Under the pieces are notes generated by a model that worked only from the letters and a program-made list of their open reading frames with translations, was not told the origin of the DNA and searched no databases. 64,000 nt of DNA from Deltaproteobacteria bacterium (GTDB lineage: Bacteria; Myxococcota_A; UBA9160; SMWR01). The stretch spans positions 440-64,439 of the forward strand of contig JANNIY010000151.1 of the NCBI GenBank assembly GCA_031405455.1, in the 5' to 3' direction. Below are positions 10,174-18,865 of the stretch, piece after piece. The translations under genes were made by a program, and so were the position numbers. Position 1 is the stretch's first letter. Each line of letters begins with the position of its first letter.

Positions 10174-10890
10174 ATGACGGATTTCGAGGCAGGGCTTCGT
10201 GGCATGTTCGCGGTCTCGCTGGCAGCGTGTCTGCTGGGCGTGTCGGGAGCGCGCGCTGACGACGATGCGACGCCGATGCGGCGCGTCGATTTCAGCGTGC
10301 AGAGCTCGCGCGAAGTCGCCAACGATTGGGTGCGAGCCGTCGTCGGCGTGACGGATGAGGACGAGAACGCGGCCAAGCTCGCCGATCGCGTCAACCAGGC
10401 GATGACGTGGGCTCTCGAACGATCCCGGACGCGCGCCGGCATCACGGCGAAGAGCGGCGGCTACACGACGTATCCGGTCGACGATCCGCGCAAGGGCGAG
10501 CGGCGCTTCTGGCGCGCGAGCCAGGACCTGCTGCTCGAGGGCGCCGATCCGCGCGCGCTGAGCGATCTGCTCGGCGAGCTCCAGAGCCGCGTGCAGCTGC
10601 GCTCGATCGACTTCACGGTGTCGCCCGCACAGCGACGCAAGGTCGAAGACGAGTTGATCGACGAAGCGCTCACGGCGTTTCTCGCGCGCGCCGATCGCGT
10701 GCGCGCGCGGCTGGCGAGCAGCGGCTACGAGATCGTGCAGATCTCGATCGGAACGTCCGGCGGCTCGCCTCCGGTACCGATGATGCGCGCCGCGATGGAA
10801 ATGGATTCCGCGCGCATGGCGCCCCCGGCCCTCGAGGCAGGGACCAGCGAAATCGTCACCGGCGTGAGCGGTTCGATCGAGCTGAAATAG
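10174..10890 (+). CDS. SIMPL/DUF541-domain periplasmic protein (YggE-like)
   Basis: A 238-aa ORF with a signal peptide and an overall SIMPL pattern (...VRAVVGVTDED...GGYTTYPV...FWRASQDLLLEG...SIDFTVS...). GGGAGG lies before the ATG. Confidence 0.8.
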   Translation: MTDFEAGLRGMFAVSLAACLLGVSGARADDDATPMRRVDFSVQSSREVANDWVRAVVGVTDEDENAAKLADRVNQAMTWALERSRTRAGITAKSGGYTTYPVDDPRKGERRFWRASQDLLLEGADPRALSDLLGELQSRVQLRSIDFTVSPAQRRKVEDELIDEALTAFLARADRVRARLASSGYEIVQISIGTSGGSPPVPMMRAAMEMDSARMAPPALEAGTSEIVTGVSGSIELK

Positions 10891-10950
10891 CGGCGCTCGC
10901 CGCGCCTGGCCCGCGTGCGACGGCGCACGCAGCCCACGCCGCGGCCAGGT

Positions 10951-11742
10951 TCAGTCGGGGTCGACGAAGCGGGGATCGCGCTTCTCGGCGTTCGCGCGCA
11001 CGGCTTCGATCTGGTTGGGCTTGCCGAGCAGCGTCTTTTGGAGCTGCTCTTCGAGCTGCAGGCCGGCTTCGACAGCGATCACGCCGGACGCATCGAGCAG
11101 CCGTTTCCCAGCCCGGATCGCGGACGGAGATTTCGAGGCGATCTCGCGGGCGAGCTCGAACGCGGCCTCGCGCGGGGTGTCGCTCAGATGGGTCGCAAGG
11201 CCCAGCGCGGCCGCCTCCTCGCCGGAGACGATGCGGCCCGTGAAGGTGAGCTCCTTCGCCACGTCGAGGCGAACCAGCCGGCGCAGCGTCTGGCTCCCGG
11301 ACATGTCCGGAATCAAGCCCCACTTGATCTCCATCACCGAGAGTCGCGCGTCGGGGGTCACGAACCGGATGTCGGCGCCGAGCGCGATCTGAAGCCCGCC
11401 GCCGAAGGCGACACCATGGATCGCGGCAATCACGGGAACCGGCAGCTCGGTCCAGATCCAGGCTGCGCGCTGCGCGAAGTTGGCAGGGCTCTCGGCGCTT
11501 CTCTCGAACATGGAGCGGCCGACGCCCGCGCCCATGAAGCTTGCGACGTCGAGACCCGCGCAGAACCCGCGCCCCTCGCCCGAGAGCACGACCGCGCGCA
11601 GGCTGCGCTCGGCGGCGAGCTTGTGGCCGGTGGCGAACAGCGCCTCGAACATGGCGGTGTCGAGGGCGTTCATCTTGTCGGGGCGATTCAGGCGGACATC
11701 GGCGATGCCGTGGGCGAGCGAGACGGTGACGCGATCCTGCAT
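10951..11742 (-). CDS. Enoyl-CoA hydratase/isomerase (crotonase) family protein
   Basis: A 263-aa ORF with the oxyanion-hole blocks GEGRGFCAGLD and AIHGVAFGGGLQIAL. GGAGG lies 5 nt before the ATG. Confidence 0.9.
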   Translation of the reverse strand: MQDRVTVSLAHGIADVRLNRPDKMNALDTAMFEALFATGHKLAAERSLRAVVLSGEGRGFCAGLDVASFMGAGVGRSMFERSAESPANFAQRAAWIWTELPVPVIAAIHGVAFGGGLQIALGADIRFVTPDARLSVMEIKWGLIPDMSGSQTLRRLVRLDVAKELTFTGRIVSGEEAAALGLATHLSDTPREAAFELAREIASKSPSAIRAGKRLLDASGVIAVEAGLQLEEQLQKTLLGKPNQIEAVRANAEKRDPRFVDPD

Positions 11743-11760
11743 GGAAGCCTCCGGGCGAAC

Positions 11761-12525
11761 TCAGCCCGGCGCAGAGGGTAACGCGCCCGCTCGGCGGCCG
11801 CGTGATTCGACGAAACGCAGGTAGGCGGGGGTCGGCAGGAATGCGAGCCACATCGCGATTGCGGCGATCAAGCCGAAGAGGCTCACGACCAGGTTCAGGG
11901 TCGGGATCTCCGCTGCCCCGTAGCCCGTGAGCAGGCGCACTCCAGCGGCCAGCAGCGAGCCAGAGAAGGCGGCGCCCGCGCCGAGACCCCAGAGCCGGAA
12001 GCTTTCGGTCACGACGGGATCGGCGAGTCCGAGCTGCAGGCGGCGGCGCATGATCCGGTGATAACGGAGCGCTTCGAGAGCGCACCAGCCGAGCCCAGAG
12101 AGGCGCATCATGGCGCCGAGCCAGAACCAGCCCCCCGAATTGCGGCGATTCACGAGGCCATTCTCGACCAGGTCGCCGACGTAACCGATGAGCAGCAACG
12201 TGACCGCCATCCAGAACAGTGCCCTGGCCCATACCGCGGTGCGCCGGAAGACCGTCCAGACGAACAAATACTGGGCGATGGATCCGATGCTCATGGCGAG
12301 CAACGCGCTTCCCATCAGGGTGGCGCTCAGCACGAGCGAGTGGCTCGCCAGGTTGAAGGCGAGCATCGAGAGCCCGTAGCCGAACGGCCCGATGCCGAGA
12401 ACGCTGATGCCGATCAGGAACTCCGGGAGCTTGCCCGACTTGCGCGCGAGCAAGAGCAGGCGCACGCCGATCATGGTGCTCGAGGCGAAGAAGGCCCCAA
12501 AGCCGATCCAGCGCAGATACTCCAC
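11761..12525 (-). CDS. Hypothetical integral membrane protein (about 7 TM)
   Basis: A 254-aa ORF with a GTG start and GGAG 7 nt upstream. It is strongly hydrophobic and periodic, with good G/C third-position bias. I do not recognise the family. Confidence 0.7.
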   Translation of the reverse strand: MEYLRWIGFGAFFASSTMIGVRLLLLARKSGKLPEFLIGISVLGIGPFGYGLSMLAFNLASHSLVLSATLMGSALLAMSIGSIAQYLFVWTVFRRTAVWARALFWMAVTLLLIGYVGDLVENGLVNRRNSGGWFWLGAMMRLSGLGWCALEALRYHRIMRRRLQLGLADPVVTESFRLWGLGAGAAFSGSLLAAGVRLLTGYGAAEIPTLNLVVSLFGLIAAIAMWLAFLPTPAYLRFVESRGRRAGALPSAPG

Positions 12526-12671
12526 GGCGATGCTCCGGTCCGGGCGAGCCAGTGGCAGGCTCCCCGGTGACGGATTGAATCGGCCAGCGAGCGCGAGTCT
12601 TGAGCCGGCGCCGCCGCCGGCCCTTATACTGCGTCGCGGCCTTCGCCGCGGCGGACGCGGAACTCGAAGCG

Positions 12672-13592
12672 ATGAATCCGGGGCACGCAGGCAACGGGGC
12701 AGAGGCGCCGGCCCGACGGGCCCGACGCGGCGACCTCGCGATCGAACATCGCGCGGACGTCACGGCCGATCACGTCGTCGAAGCGATCGCCTGCCACCAG
12801 GCGCATGACCGGCTCGGCCGCGATGCCTGCGAGAAGTGGGGCCCTGGCTCCTCGGTGAGCCGCGTTGCGCTCGCGCAGGGAGCTGAAGCGTGCGAGCTGG
12901 CCGTCAAGCTCCACCGCTGGCGCGGCCTGCGCGGGGTGCTCTCCGATGGCTGGCGCGGATCGCGCGCTGTGCGCGCCCGCGCGGGGCTCGCGCGGTTGGC
13001 GCCGTGCGGCATCGACAGCCCCGCGCTGGTGGCGATCGCCGAGCGGCGGCGCGCGGGTCTCGTGCTCGAGAGCTGGGTGCTCTCGGAGTTCCGCGCCGAT
13101 GCGCAACCCCTGCCGGTGGCGCTGGCGGACGCGAACCTGGAGCGGCGCCGTCGTCGGCGGCTGCTCGCGGCGGTCGGCGACCTCGTCGGCGCGTTGCACG
13201 CGGCGGGTGTCGATCACCCGGATCTCAAGCCGAGCAACCTGCTGGTCGGCGCACAAGGAGCGCTCGCGCTGCTGGATCTCGACGCGCTCGTGCCGCCGCG
13301 CCGCCTCACCTGGCGCCGGCGCGTGCGCGCGCTCGGCCAGCTCGAGGCCTACGCGCGCGACCTGCATCCCTGGCTCTCACGCACGGATCGCATGCGTGTG
13401 TTGCGCGCCTATCTCGCTCGCAATCCATCGCTGCACGCACAGCGTCACCGGCTAGCAGGCGCGGCCGTTGCGTGGGCGCTGCGGCGGATCGCGCAATGGT
13501 CGCGACGCGATCGCGGCGAGCGGCGCCAGTTTCCGCTCGCCCCGCGTGCGAAGCGCGAAGCCTCGCGGCCGGCGCCGGATCGTCGCGCCTGA
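12672..13592 (+). CDS. Lipopolysaccharide kinase (Kdo/WaaP/InaA) family protein
   Basis: From ORF 12600..13592(+). It has a kinase catalytic loop (GVDHPDLKPSNLLV), an LDLD motif and the sRA..ew-like block (SRAVRARAGLARL). ATG 12672 is chosen as the start. Its stop overlaps the GT4 gene ATG by 1 nt. Confidence 0.72.
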   Translation: MNPGHAGNGAEAPARRARRGDLAIEHRADVTADHVVEAIACHQAHDRLGRDACEKWGPGSSVSRVALAQGAEACELAVKLHRWRGLRGVLSDGWRGSRAVRARAGLARLAPCGIDSPALVAIAERRRAGLVLESWVLSEFRADAQPLPVALADANLERRRRRRLLAAVGDLVGALHAAGVDHPDLKPSNLLVGAQGALALLDLDALVPPRRLTWRRRVRALGQLEAYARDLHPWLSRTDRMRVLRAYLARNPSLHAQRHRLAGAAVAWALRRIAQWSRRDRGERRQFPLAPRAKREASRPAPDRRA

Positions 13593-14785
13593 TGCGCGTC
13601 GCCCTGCTGCATCCCCGGGCGGCGCTCGTCGGCGGCGTCGAGCGCCAGATCCACGATCTCGGCGCGCGCCTCGCTGATGCCGGCCACGAAGTGCACTGGA
13701 TCTGCGCGACGCGCGACGCGCGAGTCGATGCGCGCATCCGTTGCCACCGCCTGCCGCAGCCGCCGGGATTCTTGCGCGCGCTGCGTGTCGCGCTGTTCGA
13801 TCGTCTCGCCCGGCGCACGCTCGCACGCCTCGGGCCCTTCGATGTCGTGCACGGCTTCGGCAAGACTTCGCGCCAGGACGTCTACCGCGACGGGAGCGGT
13901 TGTCTCGCCGACTCCCAGGCCTGGTCCGGCGAGGGTCGCGACGGGTCGTGGCGGCGCGCGTGGCGCCACCGCAGTCTGTATGCGCGCGTCGTCGCGGGTA
14001 TCGAGCGCGAGCGCTACCGAGCGGGGACTTGCCGCTTCGTGCTTCCGATCTCCGAGCTCGTGCGGGATCAAATCCTGCGCCGCTACGACCTCCCGCCCGA
14101 ACGCGTGCGTGTGCTCTACCCGGCCGTCGATACCGAGCGCTTCACGCCGCTGCTGGCTCCGGCGGCGCGGAGGCAGTTGCGCGACGAACTCGCGCTCCCC
14201 GCCGCGGCGCCGCTGCTGGTTTTCGTCGGCAGCGATTTCCGGCGCAAGGGCCTGCCTTTCCTGCTGGCCGCGCTCCAGAGGCTTCCCAGCGCTCACGTTC
14301 TCGTGCTCGGAAGCGATCACCCCGGGCGCGTGTCCAAGCAACGCGCGCTCGCGGGCGTTCTCGGAGTCGGGGAACGCGTGCACTTTGCCGGGCTGCGCCC
14401 CGATCCCGAGCGCCTGCTCGCAGCGGCCGATTGTCTCGTGTTTCCGAGCCGCTTCGACGCGTTCGGCAACGCCGTGCTCGAAGCGATGGCGTCGGGCCTG
14501 CCGGTGGTGGTGAGTCGTCATGCGGGCAGCGCCGAGCTGGTGATTCCGGGCAAGACCGGCGCGGTCGTCGCTGCGCCGGAGGACGCCGCCGCCCTCGCGG
14601 CTGCGATCCGACCCATTCTCGATCCAGCGTTGCGCGACGCGGCGGGTCGCCTCGCGCGCAGCGAGGCGGAGAAGCACGCCTGGCCGCTCCAGCTCGAGAG
14701 CGTGCTCGCGGTCTACGCGGAGGTCGGCGAGGAAAAGCGTCGCGAGGCCGCGCTCACTCGATCCGGATCAAGCGGCGCGCCGTGA
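13592..14785 (+). CDS. GT4-family glycosyltransferase (WaaG-like)
   Basis: This is the C-terminal 397 aa of ORF 12890..14785(+), starting MRVALLHP. It has the GT-B C-terminal signature (FVGSDFRRKG...PSRFDAFGNAVLEAMASGLPVV). Confidence 0.9.
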   Translation: MRVALLHPRAALVGGVERQIHDLGARLADAGHEVHWICATRDARVDARIRCHRLPQPPGFLRALRVALFDRLARRTLARLGPFDVVHGFGKTSRQDVYRDGSGCLADSQAWSGEGRDGSWRRAWRHRSLYARVVAGIERERYRAGTCRFVLPISELVRDQILRRYDLPPERVRVLYPAVDTERFTPLLAPAARRQLRDELALPAAAPLLVFVGSDFRRKGLPFLLAALQRLPSAHVLVLGSDHPGRVSKQRALAGVLGVGERVHFAGLRPDPERLLAAADCLVFPSRFDAFGNAVLEAMASGLPVVVSRHAGSAELVIPGKTGAVVAAPEDAAALAAAIRPILDPALRDAAGRLARSEAEKHAWPLQLESVLAVYAEVGEEKRREAALTRSGSSGAP

Positions 14786-16376
14786 AGCGTTGCCCGAAAA
14801 CGTCGCGGCTGCGCACTTCGAGCGTGTGCGTGCCCGGCGGCGGATTCGCGGGCAGCGTGCCGCGCCACAAGTGCAGGGAAGCGGCGGCCGGGGGCAGGGG
14901 CCGGCCGAGCGTCGGTCCGAGCGCGGCTTCGCGCGCGAGCAGCTCGACGTAAAACGGATCCGGCCGCTCCACGCGCTCGAGGGTCTGCCACGCGCTGGTG
15001 TCGGACAGCCGCATCTCGACGCGCGAGTCGGTAGAACCCGCGTAGACGTTGACGAAGATCTCGCTGGCGCCCGCCTGCGCGGCGGCGACCGCGGCCGGTG
15101 CGTGGATGCTCATCTGTTCGGACGCCGGTCGCCGCGCCGCCTGGAAGCGCAGCCGGAAGCTTTCGCCGTCGATTTCGAGGATCGACCAGCCGTTGGGAGC
15201 CCCGCAGCGCATCGTCGCATGCGGGATGCCGAGTTCGTCGCGGGCGCCCAGCCACCAACTGCCGGCAACCGCGGCCTGATTGACGTGCAGGTGCGGCGTC
15301 GGACCCGTGAAGCCGGCCTCGGGGCCGAGCCGGAGCAGATACTGCATGTGGGTGTGCGACGAAAACGAGAGCGTGTTCGGGCGGCCAGCGAGCAGCGCGA
15401 GCAGCTCGCGAGATTGATCGAAGCCGAAAGGCTCCGGTCCCGCGAGCGGAATGTGCATCAGCAGCACGACCAGGGCGTCGCGCGGCACGCCCTCGAGATA
15501 GCCGCGCACGAAGGCGAGCGCGTCGGCGGTGAATCCGCCGCGGTAGCTCGGGAGTGTCGCAGCGTCGCCGCGAGCGCCGTCGTGGAGGACGTCGTCGAGC
15601 ACCACGAAATGCGCGCGCGCGTACTCGAAGGCATAGGTCGCAGGGCCGTAGACACGCTCATAGGTTTCGTCGGAGCCCGCGTCGTCGGCGGCGTCCCGGT
15701 TCAGGTCGTGATTGCCGATGACGGGATACCAGGGCACGCCGATGCGGGCGATTGCGCGATTGAGCGGCTCGAACAGCGCGAGATCATCGCCCACCAGATC
15801 GCCGAGCGTGAAGCCGAACGCGGCGTCGCTTCCGATCAATTCGCCGATCACGTCGCGCGAGAGGAAGTCGATCTGCTCGAGGTCGTAGGGTTGGGTATCC
15901 CCGAACACGATCACGCGGAAGGCGTCGCCCTCCGGCTGCGGTGTGAGCGGAAAATCGATCGAGGCCGGCAGCGGCCCGGTGGGAGCGACGCCCGGAAAAT
16001 GCAGGCCGGGCGGCGAGCCCGCCGGCTTGTGGATGTAATGGAAGCGCGGCAGCCGTTCTGGGGAGAGCGGGGTGCGCCATCCGCCCGGTTTCACGACGAA
16101 CAGGATCGTGTCGTCGTCGACCCCGAGGCGGTAGCGTCCCGCCGCGTCGCTGCGCACCACGTCGCGGCCGTTCGAGACCGCGACGCCCGCGATTCCGGGC
16201 TCGTTCGCCGCGCGTTCGCCGTCGCCGTCGAGATCGTGGAAGACGCTTCCCTTCGCCCAGCCGGGCTCCGGCGCAAACGGCTCTTTCGCTGGAAAACCGG
16301 GCGCGTGGCTGCGGCACGCGGCGGCGAGCAGCGCGATCGCGAGTGCGCCGGCGGTGCGTCGTCCCAGTCGACTCAA
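14754..16376 (-). CDS. Calcineurin-like metallophosphoesterase, lipoprotein
   Basis: A 540-aa ORF with a lipobox (LLAAAC). Metallophosphoesterase motifs are present: VFGDTQ, GDLVGDD, VIGNHD and MHIP. Confidence 0.85.
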   Translation of the reverse strand: MSRLGRRTAGALAIALLAAACRSHAPGFPAKEPFAPEPGWAKGSVFHDLDGDGERAANEPGIAGVAVSNGRDVVRSDAAGRYRLGVDDDTILFVVKPGGWRTPLSPERLPRFHYIHKPAGSPPGLHFPGVAPTGPLPASIDFPLTPQPEGDAFRVIVFGDTQPYDLEQIDFLSRDVIGELIGSDAAFGFTLGDLVGDDLALFEPLNRAIARIGVPWYPVIGNHDLNRDAADDAGSDETYERVYGPATYAFEYARAHFVVLDDVLHDGARGDAATLPSYRGGFTADALAFVRGYLEGVPRDALVVLLMHIPLAGPEPFGFDQSRELLALLAGRPNTLSFSSHTHMQYLLRLGPEAGFTGPTPHLHVNQAAVAGSWWLGARDELGIPHATMRCGAPNGWSILEIDGESFRLRFQAARRPASEQMSIHAPAAVAAAQAGASEIFVNVYAGSTDSRVEMRLSDTSAWQTLERVERPDPFYVELLAREAALGPTLGRPLPPAAASLHLWRGTLPANPPPGTHTLEVRSRDVFGQRFTARRLIRIE

Positions 16377-16386
16377 GGCATCGTCG

Positions 16387-17778
16387 TCAGCGCGCGCCCG
16401 GTGCAGGGGAGGGCGGCGGCGTTTCGGATCGCGGTTTCGACGGCGTCGCTTCGGCGAGCGGCAGGAAGACCGTGAAATCCGTGCCCCGTCCCGGCTCGAC
16501 GTTCACCGAAAGGTCGCCACCGCAGCGCTGAAGCAGGCGATAGACGGTGGCGAGCGTCAGCCGGCCCTCCGCATCCGCGCCGTCGGCGAGCGGCTCGAAC
16601 ACGCGTGTGAGCGCGGCGGCGTCGAGCGCGTTGCCAGTGTCGCGAACCGACAGCGTCACGTAGCGGTTGGGCTCGAGGGCCGGGAGGATACCGGGCTCTC
16701 CGGCCGCGACCTCGAGGTTCGCGGTCTCGAGTGTCAGCTTGCCGCCCTCGGGCATGGCGTCGACGGCGTTGCGCACGAGCGAGAGCACGATCGCATCGAG
16801 CGGAAGGCGCGGGTCCTGGGCCTCGCGCAAATCCGGCGCCGTGCGCAGCTCGAGTTCGATGGCCGGTCCGGCCGCCACTTCGAGCTGTCGGCGCACGCGC
16901 CCGAGCACGGCATTCAGATCGACGCTGCGCGCGATGGCGAGCCCGCGTCGCCGCGCCGGGCCGTGGCGCTCGGACGCGCCAGGTCGCGTGCTTCGCAGCG
17001 CTGGCTTGTGCGGTGCGTCGCGGCGCGCGAGCTCGGCGGAAAGCCACTGCGTCATCACGCGCAGCAGATCCTTGTCCGTGGCCGTGAAGGGGTGCTTGCG
17101 CGGCGCGAGACTCGCGAAGCAAAGCGTTCCGTAGTTGCCCTCGCCTCGCGCAACCGCGGTCCCGAGATAGGCCTGGAAGCGGAAGGTGTTTCCGGGCGGA
17201 AGCGCCGAGCGTCCGCCTGCGAACGCGAGCGTGCGAGCGGCGCCGAGTACGCCCGCGCAGCAGGTCTCGGCGAGCGGAAAGACGGCACCCTTGGCGACCG
17301 GGAAGCCCGCCGGCGCGCGGATTGCGACCACCTCGTAGCGCTTGCCGCCCACGCGCGAAATGATCCCCACCTCGACACCGAAACATGCGCAGCCGATCTC
17401 GAGCAGCCGGGCCAGCTTCGTGTCGAAGGCCGCGGTCGGCGCGTCGCCGAGTTCGCCGAGTGCGCGCACGCCTTCCATGGCATCCCAATGCAGCGATTCG
17501 ATGCGGTCGCGTTCGCCGAGCGTGCGCCAGAGCGCCAGGACGACCAACAAGCAGAGCAGGCTCGAGAGCAGGAACGCGGCATCGGCCGCCGTCGCGAGAT
17601 CGAAGCCGGGACTGCGCGCGGGCCCCTGCCAGAGTTCGAGCGCCGGGTGCACGATCAGCAGCGCGAGCACGGCGCCGAGGATTCCGGCGCGCAACTCCCC
17701 GCTGCGGAGAAACAGCAGCAGCGCGGCCCCGAGCGCGCTGGCCAGCGCGACGATGGTGATGAGCGGTAGCACGCTCAC
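16387..17778 (-). CDS. Membrane-anchored GAF-domain protein with a degenerate histidine-kinase-like ATPase domain
   Basis: A 463-aa ORF with N-terminal TM helices, a GAF-like core and an N-box (LVRNAVDAMPEGG). The G1 and G2 boxes are degenerate and no H-box is present. It lies 10 nt upstream of the phosphoesterase gene on the same strand. Confidence 0.8.
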   Translation of the reverse strand: MSVLPLITIVALASALGAALLLFLRSGELRAGILGAVLALLIVHPALELWQGPARSPGFDLATAADAAFLLSSLLCLLVVLALWRTLGERDRIESLHWDAMEGVRALGELGDAPTAAFDTKLARLLEIGCACFGVEVGIISRVGGKRYEVVAIRAPAGFPVAKGAVFPLAETCCAGVLGAARTLAFAGGRSALPPGNTFRFQAYLGTAVARGEGNYGTLCFASLAPRKHPFTATDKDLLRVMTQWLSAELARRDAPHKPALRSTRPGASERHGPARRRGLAIARSVDLNAVLGRVRRQLEVAAGPAIELELRTAPDLREAQDPRLPLDAIVLSLVRNAVDAMPEGGKLTLETANLEVAAGEPGILPALEPNRYVTLSVRDTGNALDAAALTRVFEPLADGADAEGRLTLATVYRLLQRCGGDLSVNVEPGRGTDFTVFLPLAEATPSKPRSETPPPSPAPGAR

Positions 17779-17956
17779 GGGCTAGCCCTTTCCGAGCGCG
17801 ACCCTCCCGTGGATCGATCCCAGGCGGGATGCGCGCGCGAACCATGCATGCAAGCGGGCGCGGCGGCGGCTGCGCGGAGGCTGCGCGGGACCCGCTGACG
17901 CCAGGGACGGCCGAGCCTAGCGGATCCCAAGTCCTTCGGGTAAGTGACCCAACCGG

Positions 17957-18865
17957 ATGCGCATGCACTACCGCCGCGTCGTGGGGCTCGGGCTCAGTGT
18001 CATCGACCATCTCTACGTCGTCGAACACCTGCGCCTCGAAGAGACGCGGCTGCGCTACGGCGAGCGCCTGGTGAGCAGCGGCGGGATGATCGGGACGGCG
18101 CTCGCGCAAGCCGCCCTCCTGGGCTGCGAAGCGCACGTGCTCTCCCTGCACGGCGAAGACGCCGAGGGCCGCTTCGTGCGCCGCGCGCTGCGCGCCGCCG
18201 GCGTGAAAACGGCCCGGATCGTTCGCTCGCGCGACGCGAGCACGACCGTCGCCGTGGTGCTCGTCGAACGACGCGGAGGGGAGCGGCGGTTCCTGGTGCC
18301 GGACCGTCGCGAGCTCGAGCGCCGCGCGCCGCCGTTCGATCTCTCGCTGCTCGATCCCCGCAGCCTGCTGCTCGTCGACGGACACTTTCCCGCGCAGGCC
18401 CTGCGGGCCGTGAAGCGTGCGCGGCGCGTGGGGGCGAAGGTGATCGCCGACCTGAACCGCCCGCGACCGGGTTCACTCGCGCTGCTGCCGTACGTCGACT
18501 ACGCGATCGTTCCCCTCGAATTCGGCGCGCGGTGGGCGGGCGGCGATCCGGAGCGTCTGTTGCGGCGATTGCGCGCCGCAACCCGAGGCATCCCCGTGGT
18601 GACGCTCGGTGCGCGCGGGGGGATCTATCTCGAGGGCGATCGCGTGCGGCGCTACCGCGCACACCGGGTACCCGTCGTCGACACGACCGGGGCGGGCGAC
18701 GCTTTCCACGGCGCCTTCGCGGCGGGCTTGTGCCTGGGGCTCGAACTCGCGGCCGCGCTCGATCTCGCCGCGCACGCGGCCGCCCTGAATTGCGGTGCGC
18801 TCGGAGGGATGGGCCGGCTGATGACGCGCCGCGAGCTGCGCGCGCACCTCAGCGCGAGAGCGTGA
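17957..18865 (+). CDS. PfkB-family carbohydrate/nucleoside kinase
   Basis: A 302-aa ORF with the ribokinase-like signature DTTGAGDAFHGAF and an N-terminal GLGLSVIDHL block. Confidence 0.85.
   Translation: MRMHYRRVVGLGLSVIDHLYVVEHLRLEETRLRYGERLVSSGGMIGTALAQAALLGCEAHVLSLHGEDAEGRFVRRALRAAGVKTARIVRSRDASTTVAVVLVERRGGERRFLVPDRRELERRAPPFDLSLLDPRSLLLVDGHFPAQALRAVKRARRVGAKVIADLNRPRPGSLALLPYVDYAIVPLEFGARWAGGDPERLLRRLRAATRGIPVVTLGARGGIYLEGDRVRRYRAHRVPVVDTTGAGDAFHGAFAAGLCLGLELAAALDLAAHAAALNCGALGGMGRLMTRRELRAHLSARA

Noticed and set aside
14754-14785. Convergent 3'-end overlaps of 32 nt (GT4 with the phosphoesterase, here), 32 nt (28069-28100, OmpA-like with the epimerase) and 17 nt (18849-18865, PfkB with prc).
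   Set aside because: Stop codons are rare in high-G+C DNA, and convergent tail overlaps of this size are common. There is no evidence of functional antisense regulation.
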